Origin: Octopus vulgaris
Lineage: Eukaryota
Length of the DNA: 64,000 bases
Direction: 5' to 3'
NCBI GenBank assembly: GCA_951406725.2
Contig: OX597817.1
Span: 170,004,001 to 170,068,000 of the forward strand
Shown here: positions 38,581-51,199 of the stretch, in pieces
Position numbering within the stretch: the first letter of the stretch is position 1
How the letters are laid out: each line of letters begins with the position of its first letter
Program-made: the position numbers and the translations under genes
Notes under the pieces: generated by a model
Told to the model about the DNA's origin: nothing
Databases searched by the model: none
The model's input: the letters and a program-made list of their open reading frames with translations, nothing else

Positions 38581-41500
38581 GTGACAAAATTTAAAATCAA
38601 CACAGTCACTTGACCTTTTAGAAACTGATGTCAGTATCCACCAAAACATATCATAGTCTTTTAAAAAATGAAGAACATATTGAATAATGTAATCCTGGAT
38701 ATACTACGGCTAAATACAAAATGGGTTCATAAGTCAGTTTGATCAGGTCTGATCTAGATGAAGCAACAACATCATGACATTTTATTTTTATTATTCAAAC
38801 ACTGTTTGCTTGTTCAAAATTTATCGTGCTTGTCAATAATTGTCTTTTCTTCTACATTTCAATAAAAAAAAAAGAGTTTAATTTTAGAAGATTTGTTTGC
38901 TTAATAAGGTTCTGCACTTGGTCATTTATTCTTGTAGATAGGATAGCTACCAAAATAAAACAATAAAATATCCAATGACAATTGGTCTACATAGTATGAA
39001 AAAATAATAAGGTGAATGTAATTTACTGTTAAATAAATCATGGGGGAAATATCTTAACTAAATATACCCAAATAAACAGATATTTTCTCGAATTAGATAT
39101 AATAATTGATACTCCATTAGGTGTTTGCTTAGAATTACTATATCTGTTACTACAATCAACCAATATTTACTTGGTTAATATGAAGAGTTAGTATATATAT
39201 CCAGAGTTAATAAAATTAATCATTAACCCTGTTACATGATATCAATCTTAATGGTCTCTTATGGTAACTTCAAATGCACACACACACACACGGACACACA
39301 CACATACACCATGTATGTGTGTGTGTAACAGTGGCAAAGATACATCTTAAAGATGAGACTTCCTGCTGAGAGCAAGAAAATACTTCAGCTCTGACTGGGT
39401 GTTGATCTTCTGTTACATTCAAGCAAAACCCACATTGGATTACTGCTAACAACATGGTGATGTTGCCACACACACACACACACACACACAACCTAAATCA
39501 TATCAAAGAGATAGCAATTATAACTAATTGGTAAAGATTCAATCACCAAGACACTAATTATTGATTTACAAGCATAATGTTTCTTCTGCAACAGTGGCCT
39601 CCACTCCTCTGAGCTAGTGAGTTGCATGCCCTCCTCCATCTTGGATCATCTGTTTCTTTTCCTCTCATCACTTCTACTATATTACATCTCCCAGATCTTG
39701 CATTAAAATATTATTTTCCTACAGACATAAACCACATCAATCTCACCAATCTGCAAAGGTCATTCCTCCTTTGATTATCTCACAAAAAAAATATAAGCAG
39801 AAAAAAACCAACTTAAAGATGCTAAAAGATGGTGATTCTATTATGTTAACAGGACAGATTCTTTTAAAATATCCATTGCAGGGGATGAATTAACATCACA
39901 GGGTGTTAATCCACACAATTTATTGAAGCCTGCAAAGGTCAGGGAAACCACCTTTTCACCTCTTATTAACCTATATATTTAAAAAATTCCTTCAAATTGA
40001 CATGTGTTGCATTTCAAATGAATGATGTGGAATTTCTCACTCAAATACTAAAATATATTTTTTAATCAACAGTTTAAATTTAATATAGTGTACATTGTTG
40101 GAGTTCATGGTTTACTACAACATATCAATAGAATTAGAAGTGAACTGTACCAAGTCAAAATTTTTTTAAATGTTAGAGGTTTATAAAATTTCACAGGCTG
40201 TTGGAACAAATTGGTTAAATACATCATTTTTGAATTCTAACTTCCCAGTTATGCTGTCATCTAAGCTACTAATGTGTCTTTGCAGATTGAGAAGAATGTA
40301 TCATCAAAGTAAAGACCATGTGCAAAGTTACAAAGAAGTAATTACAAGAGCATAGAAGATCACTTCTTTAAAGATCCATCCATATTCACAAAATATTTCC
40401 CACCATAAAGTGTAGTTTAGTATGGTTAGCTATCAGTTTAAATTTGATCACTTAGGCTTACTAGAGCAGATAATCATACCAGGATTACTTTGATGTGAGG
40501 GAACATAAATCTGCCAAACATACTCCACATCAATTATAGCTAGAGTTAGTATTAATTTACCTGAATTATTTTGAATTTGTTCAGTAAAACTTTTGTTAAT
40601 CCCTTGTAATCATCTTTCCGTCAAATAAATCAATTCTTTTGAAATATTAAATACAAATTTTCTATAATTCATATTTCAAACTTCTAACTTTTTCTGTCTT
40701 AAAGGAGCAATTTGGAATTTCAAAATGGCGAGAAAATGAATTTGATTCTTATGAAGTTGAACAAATTAATAGCTGGTGCCTGATGAATATTCATCATTCT
40801 GATCAGTCAAAAATTGATTATCTTCTTAAATGCAGCCAACAAATTTGAATTATCTACAAGAAATCATGTTAAGAGCTCCTTGCTTTAGGATTTGAAACAT
40901 CTTAATGCCTTAATAATGCAATTACCTGATGCTCATAAGATGAAACTATAATGCTAATGCTTCTGTTTTTAAATATGAGACAAAAATTTGTTGCCAAAAA
41001 TGTGATCTTTGGCAGTTGAAAACAAAACATCTCTCAATACCTCTTTCAGTTGTACAAACAGATACGGTTATCATCTGCACAAAGTAGGTTTCCAACTTGC
41101 TATTCTAGACATGTTTTACAAAACATTGCCAATTTTTAGACAAATAGTTGATATCTTAAGGTTAAGCACAATGCCAATATTCACAGTGGTAATATATATA
41201 GTTTGGAGAGTTAACTTCAGTATATTATTTATATTTTTTTCATTGACTCTGGAAGGATAAAAGGCAAAAGTGACCCTTGGACAGATTTTAATTCAAAATG
41301 TACAGAAATAGTCTGCTGACTTCCAGCCATTTATGTACAAAATTTATTGAAATGGTAACTCAATAATATTCTGATGTCTGTGACATTTAGAAAATGCTAG
41401 GTAAATCTTCTACAAAGTTCTTAGCCAGTGGATAAAAATATGTAGTGGTTCACTTTTTATTTCTTATCTATAGGAAAATTCTCATCAAATAACATAAATT

Positions 41501-41789
41501 TGTTTATTATCATCATCATTAACATGTTTTCTATGCTGGTGTGGGTTGGACAGTTTGACTGGAATTGGTAAGGCTGGAGGCCACACCTGATTCTGTTGTC
41601 TGTTCTAGCATGGTTTCTACATCTGGATGCCTTTCCTAATGCCAACCACTTTACAGTATGTACTGGGTGCTTTTTATGTGGCACCAGCACCAGTGCTTAT
41701 GACTTTATAAATTTTAAAAAACTGTTTACACTAATTCAGACAATTAATAATTTACTAAACTTAAGCATATCTTTTCAGAGATTTGTGGT

Positions 41790-42140
41790 CTGTGGACCAA
41801 GATATATGGTAGTCTCAAACAAAATTTTTTAAAAATGGTTAAGAAAATACAATTAGACAGTAGACAAAGATGTATGATAGTCTACAAAAAGGTCTTAGAT
41901 TGTGCATAAGAATATATAGTGATCTGTAGCAAAGTTCTGTAGCCAAAATTATATAATGTACTAAAACAAAGGTTTTAGTGGACAAAGGCTTTAGTGTATA
42001 AACATATATACAGTATCTATAAATAAGCTCTTAAGACAATAGACAAATATATATGGTGCTTCTAACAAAGATTTTAGACAATAGACAAATAAATAAGAGG
42101 TCATGTCTATTGCAAAGATCTTAGATGTAGAAGAAAGGTA
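41790..42140. repeat. Degenerate minisatellite, period roughly 42 bp
   Basis: Recurrent AGACAATAGACAAA(T/G)ATAT..TCTA..CAAAG..TTAG. Confidence 0.55.
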
Positions 42141-43344
42141 TTTAAATGCTAGTTGAATCAGTAAGAAGTGGTTTTGTCATCCATAATGTAGAAAACAATT
42201 GATCACTAGCCACACAAACTTATAAATTCAATCATCTTATTGATTAGATAAAAATCTCATGTGAAAATATTTGTGGCAGTTCTTAGTGGAGAAATATAAT
42301 TAATAAGCCCTTATGGAGTTAAATAGGATCAAATCTCAAAATATGAATATTTTCTGTAATTTTGTATTTATATCACATGTTAGTTATGAAGATTTGTTCA
42401 AAGCATAGACTCCATGGAAACATATTCCACATTTCTTAATTGATTCCATTGATAATTCAGTTTATATTTTAATCCAAACTAAAATTTATCCTTTTTCTTT
42501 TTTTTTTAGTTTAAAGTTGAAAACATGCATACTCTGTTTAGTATCTGCTAATGAACTGTTTAAAATTGGATGCCTCCGGTATTTATAAGAGCAATCTCCT
42601 ATTATGACCTTAGTGTGATCTTATGATCATTATAGCTAGTCTTAATTCTCAGTTCTCTCTCATATTACTTGGGCCTAAGATATGACTACTGTCATTCAAC
42701 CATGTCACATTTGTATTTTACTGATTGTTTTTTTTTTTAATTGTAAGTTTGAACATTGATATTTGAAATTGAAGTCTATTACATTTCATGTGGATGGCAT
42801 CTCTAGACAATTTTACTCCCCTGTACTAATAAATGTTTTATCTCGTACATTTACTTAGTGATTCTTTCATTAGCACTTTGTCAAATGTAGCGAAAGCTCT
42901 GCTTTTGTTATTGACATCAGAATAAGCCCGTAACATGTCTTAAGTTGTCTGTCGTACTTGCTGTTGGTAAAATAAAAATAACATTATCTTTTTATAATAA
43001 CTTTTTTTACTTTACTGTGTATTTATTTCTGGGTGGCTTCTTAATGCATCGTGCATTAAATATGTTAACACTAACTTATCTACTGTCACAATGTTTATAT
43101 TAAGTTTGCTCTAAGATTCACAGATTTGCTGAAATTACACCATTTCTTTCAGAGCTTAAATAAAGAGTGCTAATCTGTCGCAACATGTGAAATACACTGA
43201 TGGCAATACAATTATCAGCTATTGTGATAGTAAGTTTTTAGAGAGGCATGGCATTATGTCCACTTTATTTATACAGATAAAATGTTCCAGTGACAGGTTT
43301 TATCTGTAATAACCTTGAATGCTAATTTCGTTTAAACTTGGGAA

Positions 43345-43875
43345 TCATCATCATCATCATCATCATCGTTTAACGTCCGCTTTCCATGCTAGCATGGGTT
43401 GGACGGTTCAACTGGGGTCTGGCAAGCCCGGAGGCTGCACCATGCCAGTCAGCTCTGGCAGTGTTTCTACAGCTGGATGCCCTTCCTAACGCCAACCACT
43501 CCGAGAGTGTAGTGGGTGATTTTATGTGCCACCGACACAGGTGCCAGACGAGGCTGGCAGACGGCCACGCTCAGATGGTGTTTTTTATGTGCCACCGACA
43601 CAGGTGCCAGACGAGGCTGGCAGACGGCCACGCTCGGATGGTGTTTTTTATGTGCCACAGACACAGGTGCCAGACGAGGCTGGCAGACGGCCACGCTCGG
43701 ATGGTGTTTTCGGTGTTTTCTTATGTGCCACCGACACAGGTGCCAGACGAGGCTGGCGAACGGCCACGATCGGATGGTGTTTGTTACGTGCCCACAGCAC
43801 GGAGGCCAGTCGATGCGGTACTGGCTACAGTCCCGTTCGGATGGTTTTCTTATGTGCCACCAGCACTGGTACCAC
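43345..43875 (-). mobile_element. Family A retroelement with ~5.5 tandem 63-bp monomers
   Basis: Monomer starts at 43524, 43587, 43650, 43723, 43786, 43852. Confidence 0.92.
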
Positions 43876-44181
43876 AAGAATACAAATTCCATTGATGTTC
43901 ATGACTATGAATATGACTGAATAATTCTTGAGAGTTAGTAGAAGGAGATAAGACACTGATTTATAATGCATATTGAAGAGAAAAGGAACTTATGAAAAGG
44001 GAGGCAAACAGTTGATATTGCAAATCTGTGTAAACTTCGACTCAACCTGTCTAAATCAAAGTATAGCAGACTACACTGAACTAAATACTCAAAAGAATTT
44101 ATTTTACTTTCTTTAAGGTTCAAATTAATCAGGTCTGACTTGGCTTTTCTCTTGCTGGTTGTGGCTGGGATTGATTAAAAG

Positions 44182-44217
<36 letters not shown>

Positions 44218-44228
44218 ACGGACGCTAA

Positions 44229-44260
<32 letters not shown>

Positions 44261-44291
44261 ATATATATATCTCTTTCTCATAAGAATAGTT

Positions 44292-44672
44292 CATCATCAT
44301 CATCATCGTTTAATGTCCGCTTTCCATGCTGGCATGGGTTGGACGGTTCAACTGGGGTCTGGGAAGCCAGAAGGCTGCACCAGGCCCAGTCTGATCTGGT
44401 AGTGTTTCTACAGATGGATGCCCTTCCTAACACCAACCACTCCATGAGTGTAGTGGGTGCTTTTTACGTGCCACCAGCACAGGAGCCAGACGAGGCTGGA
44501 AAACAGCCACGATCGGATGGTGCTTTTTATGTGCCACTGGTACGGAGACCAGACGAGGCTGGCAACGGTCATGATCGGATGGTGCTTTTTACATGCCACC
44601 GGCACGGAGTCCAGTCAGGGCGGTGCTGGCTACAGCCACAATCGGATGGTTCTCTTATGTGCCACCGGCACT
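44292..44672 (-). mobile_element. Family A retroelement with ~3 monomers
   Basis: (CAT)n tail, body, repeated GTGCTTTTTA(C/T)GTGCCAC units. Confidence 0.9.
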
Positions 44673-44919
44673 GAAGTCACCACTGCATTTGATAACTGAG
44701 TTGATCATTATTCAAGGGCAAATGATGATGAAAACTTCTTCAATTCGATCTTGAAATTTATAACTGCTGAAGTTGCAGCATTAGGAAGTGGTGTTACATT
44801 AAACACAGCCAACATTTTGTAGTGGCCTGAATAACTTTGTGGTTTCATAGTGATGTAAAAACTGCACAAACAGAAACATCAGATTCAAATACAACATATC
44901 TCATATTAAAGATCTTAAC

Positions 44920-45350
44920 AAACATCAATGCACACAACACTGTCACACAACAAGATCACCATCACACAACCACATTACCATGACACGACTACAGCATCAT
45001 CACCATACAATTACAACATTGTCACACAACAGCAACATCACTATCTCAAAACTACAACACTATAACACAATCATATAATCATCATTATTTCACAACAATA
45101 ATATATAATCATACAACTACATTGTTGCCATACAGGAACAGTGTCACACAGCTACAAAAGATTCCCATTCAACTACATCATCAACACAAAATTGCATTAT
45201 CATGCAACCACATCATCATCAAACAACTACATCATTGCCATAATATCATCATCACACAACTGCATTACCATCTTAATACAGCCACATCATCATCACACAA
45301 CTAGCACATCATTACACAACACTATCATCGCAACTACTACATTGATCCCA
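44920..45350. repeat. CA-rich degenerate low-complexity tract
   Basis: Recurrent CATCACACAAC(T/C)ACAT. Confidence 0.7.
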
Positions 45351-47176
45351 CCCTGAAATATCTCTCAAGGAACAACAAACCATCCCACCTAATAAGCATC
45401 ATTCTGCTATAGCATTATACAACATCAACACATCAAGTCACAAAGCTATAAAACATCCACCAGTTTACATAAAAACACTTGTCAAATCATTCTCAAGATT
45501 CAAGATAAATTTGATTGACACTACTTCACTGACAAAGTTACTATGGAGCTAATAGCATCAATGAAACAAATGAAATTCTCACAGAAAGCATCTTAGCAGA
45601 CAGAAAATACATCCAAAAGGAAAATTACACGAGTGCCTGCCATTAGCAGAACACACAAAGAATACTAATCTAACAAAATAATAAAACAACGAATGCTCAC
45701 TTAGCTACACTAAAATATTTCAAACTTAAACACTAACATAAATGCAACCATACATAAACAGAAACACTGTAGTAGCACCTAGAACAAGTATTTTTATAAT
45801 AAATATTTATTTTTGATAATTATTTCACTAATTGAGAATGAAGCTAGCTACCTCTGAGAAAGTGAGTGCAAAAAAAAAAAAAAATTTCCCACTCAATTTA
45901 ATCAGCAACTCTAGTTGCTTTTAATGGAGTGGGTGGGAAAAAAATGCCTTTAGGTTTTAGTTACATCTCTGTATGTTCTAAGCTAAAATTCCACCCGGAC
46001 TGACATTGCCTTTTATTACTATGTGATCAATAAAATAGACACCAGTCAAGGACTGAGGTTAATATAATTTACCATTCCCTCCTTCAACAGCCACAGCCAA
46101 TTGCCTGAGTTAAAAATTGTTGTTGTTCTTGTTCTTGTTGTTCTTCTTCTTCTAATCATCATCATCTTCTCTTCTGAGCAATATGGGATTTCCTGTTTCT
46201 GTAAGTTCTATGTTTTTCTGCTATTTTTTCTTCACCTAAAAGGAATACACTTTGTTTTCCCTTGATAACTTTTTGATAAGCTAACAAACATTACAGAGGT
46301 GCAGTTTTTCTGTTAAAAATCACCTCCTACGGGACGTTTCCATCAAGGAAATCGGTAATTTCGTAAAAATTAAAAACATTTTTTCTGTTGAAGAAAAAAA
46401 AAAAAAATGGATGCTAGAAAACAAACAAAAAAAAAACCCATCATGATGTTTACAGTGGATGGAGACAATTCTAAGAGAGAGGAGGAGAAAAAGTGTTCAG
46501 GAATTTTTTGATTCAAGAACAAACAGTTGTAAGGTCACCATGACAACGAAAGACTTTGATGCCATTTCCAAAGCCACCTCTACTGTTATGCTAACATCAC
46601 TGCACAGTAATGAGAGTAGCAATAACACAACTACCTCCCACCACCAACTCAAGCTGATTGAATAACTTCAGGGAAAACCTTCACTGCCATCTCCATAGTT
46701 GGCCTCCGAAACCAACAACAATCACAACAGCACTAATGCGACAAACAACAATATCTCCACTACTATAATAAGAAAACAAATTTTCCAACAGCTATTAACA
46801 TTGGCAATATTGCCTCCACCACTGGCCCTGCCACCAACAAGAGTAACACTTCCACCAACACCATCACCATAACTGTGGTTCCCAACATAGACAAGTTGAT
46901 GCCATTTGCAAGCGCCGTGCAGTGGTGCAGTATTCACTTGCTACAGGACAGATGTACCACTCTAGGACAAGCTGGCCCACAGACAATGGCAGTGTGTATA
47001 ATTCTTGCTGCCCGTAGAGATTACAGCCTACTATTATTCATGCTAGTCATGCAGACTCATATGTAATATGAAACCATAAAATCAGTTGCTTCTCACATGG
47101 TAGCTGTTGTCTCTGAAATATTGCATTTTGCAGAAAGCCATTTTGCAGGTTATTAGTATCACTATGCCTAAGTGAA

Positions 47177-47189
47177 ATAATAAATAATA

Positions 47190-47245
<56 letters not shown>

Positions 47246-47265
47246 TAATAATAATGATAATAATA

Positions 47266-47310
<45 letters not shown>

Positions 47311-47419
47311 TTTTACCCCAGTGTCACTTTGATGGCATGCACTGCTCTCTCACTCAATAATAATAATAATAATAATGATAATAATAATAATAATAATGAT
47401 AATAATAATAATAATAATG

Positions 47420-47458
<39 letters not shown>

Positions 47459-47522
47459 TAATAATAATAATAATAATAAAAACAATAATAATAATAATAA
47501 AACAATAATAATAATAATAATA
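47177..47522. repeat. (AAT)n microsatellite array, interrupted at 47311-47355
   Basis: Long TAA/TGA runs. Confidence 0.97.
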
Positions 47523-47557
47523 ATGAGTAGGTCTTTATATATATTTTTTTTTTTTTT

Positions 47558-47948
47558 TGACAAGCTCAGAAAATATAAAGACCTACTCATTGAAATTGAG
47601 AAAATGTGGCATCTCAAGGCGGTTACAATACCAGTGATCGTAGGAGCACTAGGAATGATCAAGAAGGGAACCGAAAATTATATGAGAATGATCCCTGGCT
47701 TACCATCCCTGCAAGAAGTGCAAAAGATTGTCTTAACTGGTACATCACACGTATTGAGAAGAGCATTGTCGATGTGAGAACTGTTGCTGCTCATGTATTT
47801 TAATTTAACTTTAAAAAAATAAAAAAAATGAACGAACTACTGAGTTTGGTTTAATGGCCTACCAATGTATACTATGAGTTTCTTTGCCCTAGGAGTCGGG
47901 AAGACACTCGGCAAGAAATGGAAGCAAATTTGAAAGAAGAAAAAAAAG
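47558..47948 (+). mobile_element. R4/Dong-type non-LTR retrotransposon 3' end (restriction-like endonuclease tail plus 3' UTR)
   Basis: DKLRKYKDLLIEIEKMWHLKAVTIPVIVGALG..QKIVLTGTSHVLRRAL* has the KxxKYxDL/PVIVGALG signature; (TAA)n on both sides. Confidence 0.9.
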
Positions 47949-48027
47949 TAATAATAATAATAATAATACAAACACACACATACACATACAAACACATGCA
48001 TATCCACATACACACACGAAAAATGTA

Positions 48028-48250
48028 TCTTTTGTCTTTTACTTGTTTCAGTCATTAGACTGCAGCCATGCTGGGGTACCACCCTGAAGAATTTTAGTCA
48101 ACCCCAGTACTTATTCTTTTGTTAAGCCTGGCACTTAATTCTATCAGTATCTTTTGCCAAACCACTAAGTTATGGGGACATAATCACACCAACCCTGGTT
48201 GTCAAGTGGTGATGAGAGACAAACACAGACACCAAGACACACACACACAA
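48028..48250 (-). mobile_element. tRNA-SINE family B, 3' half
   Basis: TTTACTTGTTTCAGTCATT..GCCATGCTGG..GACAAACACAGAC. Confidence 0.85.
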
Positions 48251-48252
48251 TA

Positions 48253-48612
48253 TCTATTATATAAAATCCGTTCTGTCAGTCTGTGTGTGTGTGTGTCTTC
48301 TAGGATCTCAGGCATCCTCCATCCGATTGCGCTCAAATTTGATATATAGATATTGATGTGTATAAGTCTTGAAAAAATTACAAAAATCGATTCCAGGTGA
48401 GAATGCGATCAATAAAGTGAATAAAATCATTTTTCTTTGGAATAGAAAAAAAGTATCTTTATTTCTTCTTTTGCTGGTGTCTCAAATTTAAGTTAAATCA
48501 GTGTTTCTCAAAGGGGAGGCCTATGGGACGGTCAGACAAGTTGTTTTGAGAAAATTTGGTTTAAATGTTGGACAACTCAGCACCATCCATTGAACGGGGG
48601 GCGTTTTGCTCG
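48253..48612 (+). mobile_element. Non-autonomous Helitron
   Basis: A|TCTATTATATAAAA..(TG)n..CCGATTGCGCTCAAATTTG..AAAAATCGAT parallels 57030-57469; decayed 3' end ACGGGGGGCGTTTTGCTCG|T. Confidence 0.65.
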
Positions 48613-48616
48613 TATA

Positions 48617-48931
48617 TATATAAATAAATTAGTAACAATTGATGGATAGGAGTCAATTCATTAGTCATTTCTAGCAAATCTTTTAATTGGTCAATGAGTA
48701 CATCATATCATTATAAAAAACCATTTTCATCAGACGAATACATGAATTTTACAATCAAAGACATTTAAAAAAATTTATTTTAATGTTCTTGTTTGTAAAA
48801 TTCATGTATTCATCTGATGGAAACGGTTTTTTTATAATGATATAATGCACTAATTGATCAATTAAAAAATTTGTTAGCAATGGCTGTAATGAATTGACAT
48901 GTATCCATCAATTGCTACTTATTTATTTATA
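48617..48931. repeat. Long imperfect palindrome (fold-back element), ~150-bp arms
   Basis: TATAAATAAATTAGTAACAATTGATGGATA..GAATACATGAATTTTACAA is mirrored by TTGTAAAATTCATGTATTC..TATCCATCAATTGCTACTTATTTATTTATA. Confidence 0.93.
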
Positions 48932-49213
48932 ATTCACCTCCCTCAGAATCTGCTCCTCATGTGATTCAAAGTATATTATGGACTGTGCATTTAATAAAAT
49001 GTATGTTTGTGATTAGCTCAAGAGCTGATTATATACTCAGTTCGGTCATTATATACTCAATTAATTGCATACATTACCCGAATATCATTACCCAATACCA
49101 TGTATCTATGTTGGTATTTGTCTATAATTGTTGTGTATGCATTTTATTTTGACCTAACCAGGTGCCTTACCTTTAAGTACTTTATTCAAATGAATCTTCA
49201 CATATATATAAAA

Positions 49214-49538
49214 AGGAGTACTCTGTCGGTTACGACAATGAGGGTCCCAGGTAATACGATCAACGGAAGAACTTGCTCGTGAAATTAATGTGCAAGTGGC
49301 TGAGCACTCTACAGACACTTGTACCCTTTATGTAGTTCTCGGGGAGATTCAGCGTGACACAGAGTGTGACAAGGCTGGCCCTTTGAAATACAGGTACTAC
49401 TCATTTTTCCCAGCTGTGTGAACTGGAGCAATGCAAAATAAAGTGTCTTGCTCAAGGACACAATGTGCCGCTGGGAATTGAACTCATGACCTTACAATCA
49501 TGAGCCAAATGTCCTAACCACTAAGCCATGTGCCTTCA
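49214..49538 (-). mobile_element. tRNA-derived CORE-type SINE family E
   Basis: Minus head GGCACATGGCTTAGTGGTTAGG..GAGTTCAATTCC, CORE-like GTGTCCTTGAGCAAGACACTTT; second copy 61205-61524. Confidence 0.85.
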
Positions 49539-49540
49539 CT

Positions 49541-49722
49541 ATATATATATATATATATACGACGGCTTTCTTTCAGGTTCTGTCTACAAAATCTACTCAC
49601 AAGGCTTTGGTCAGCCCAAGGCTATAGTAGAAGACACTTGACCAAGGTGCCACGCAGTGGGACTGAACCCGGAACCATGTGGTTGGTAAACAAACTACTT
49701 ACCACACAGCCACACCAGTGCC
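49541..49722 (-). mobile_element. tRNA-SINE family B, 5' half
   Basis: ACGACGGC..CAAGGTGCCACGCAGTGGGACTGAACCCGGAACC..CACACAGCCAC. Confidence 0.85.
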
Positions 49723-49732
49723 TATATATATA

Positions 49733-49785
<53 letters not shown>

Positions 49786-49928
49786 TTATATATTATAGAT
49801 ATATATATGGATGGATGGATATATATATATATATATATATATATAGATAGATAGATAGATAGATAGGATGGATGGATGGATGGATGGATGGATAGGATGG
49901 ATGGATGGATGGATGGATGGATGGATAG

Positions 49929-49964
<36 letters not shown>

Positions 49965-49965
49965 T
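49723..49965. repeat. Compound microsatellite (TA)n/(TAGA)n/(TGGA)n
   Basis: Direct reading. Confidence 0.95.
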
Positions 49966-50234
49966 ACAATGGACTTCTTTCAGGAAGTTCTATCTTCAAT
50001 GTGCAAACCTGCACACATGAGCACATTCATCACAATCTTTGTAAGAACACAGACTATTTGAGAACTTTGTAATTGTTTTTATTTGTGAAAATATTTTTTT
50101 AACAAATATTTCAACATTCTTTTAATCACAGAGCTGCTGTATATCATTGACATGATCAAATTTGAATATTCAAGAATTTCTGTTTCTGTTCACATTTAAT
50201 TTTCTCTGTCTGTGAAATTAGGATTAAGCTAGTA

Positions 50235-50540
50235 TTTATAAAGAGAGTTTAAGTTTTAAACAGTCTTTCTAAATTTTAAATGTCATCAGGTAAAATTAAG
50301 TGAAATGTTAATTGAGATACAAAGATCAAACCACAGAATAGCTAAAGATTCTGCACCATATATCCAAACTTTATTTCTTTAGAATTCTAAAGACAGTTTA
50401 AGCTTTAAATAGTCTTTCCAAATTTTAAATGTCATGAGGTGAAATTAAGTGAAATGTTAATTGAGTAACAAAAATGAAAAGCACAGTAGAGGATAGCTGA
50501 AAATTCTGCATATTTCCCAAACATCACTTTCATAGAAGTA
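50235..50540. repeat. Diverged tandem dimer, period ~149 bp
   Basis: AAAGA(G/C)AGTTTAAG..AAATTTTAAATGTCAT..AAATTAAGTGAAATGTTAATTGAG starts at 50240 and 50389. Confidence 0.85.
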
Positions 50541-50917
50541 TCATAAAAAGAATAATTGATTGATGTAAACCGAAAGTTCTAATATTTATTCTCTGAAATA
50601 ATTCTGCAGCTTTTAGATTTCAAGTTGAATACTGAAATATAGATTCTAGCTCCTAGATTTCTGTTATTTATTTCTTAGATGGCAACAAGAAAAAAAAAAG
50701 TGACTATCTCTTAATGTTGAATGGCCTATTGTATATCACACATCAAATATGGACAGTCCATAATCAGAACCAGTGTTACAATAACAGGGCACGTTAAAGC
50801 AAGAAGTTGAGACAATGTTCATAGCCTTTGCAGATTTTCTCCACAATGTAAGATAATGCATCAATTATAAATTTACATAAACTCACACGTGTGTGTGTGT
50901 GTGTCTATATATATATA

Positions 50918-51199
50918 TGGCACGTAAAAAGCACCATCTGAACGTGGCCGATGCCAGTGCCGCCTTGACTGGCTTCCATGCCGGTGGCACGTAAAAAGCA
51001 CCAATCCGATCATGGTCGTTGCCAGCCTCGCCTGGCACATAAAAAGCACCCACTACACTCACGGAGTGGTTGGTGTTAGGAAGGGCATCCAGCTGTAGAA
51101 ACACTGCCAGATCAGACTGGAGCCTGGTGCAGCCTTCAGGCTTCCCAGATCCCAGTTGAACCGTCCAACCCATGCTAGCATGGAGAACGGACGTTAAAC

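Noticed and set aside
43386-43924. Overlapping 130-170 aa ORFs with repeated Cys/His motifs (CHRHRC)
   Set aside because: Produced by a 63-bp monomer that is stop-free in several frames inside a retroelement; not a zinc-finger gene.
44700-44865. Minus-strand acceptor followed by a ~50-codon open frame; similar case at 40700-40850 plus
   Set aside because: No donor, no recognisable peptide; within chance expectation.
47242-47662. Poly-I/N/Y/L ORFs and other IYIY/THTH ORFs
   Set aside because: Translations of (AAT)n, (TA)n and (CA)n microsatellites.
48810-48830. CTGATGGAAAC in the palindrome, and CTGATGAAAC at 57121, as hammerhead cores
   Set aside because: No stem II between the boxes and no stem III with a cleavage triplet.
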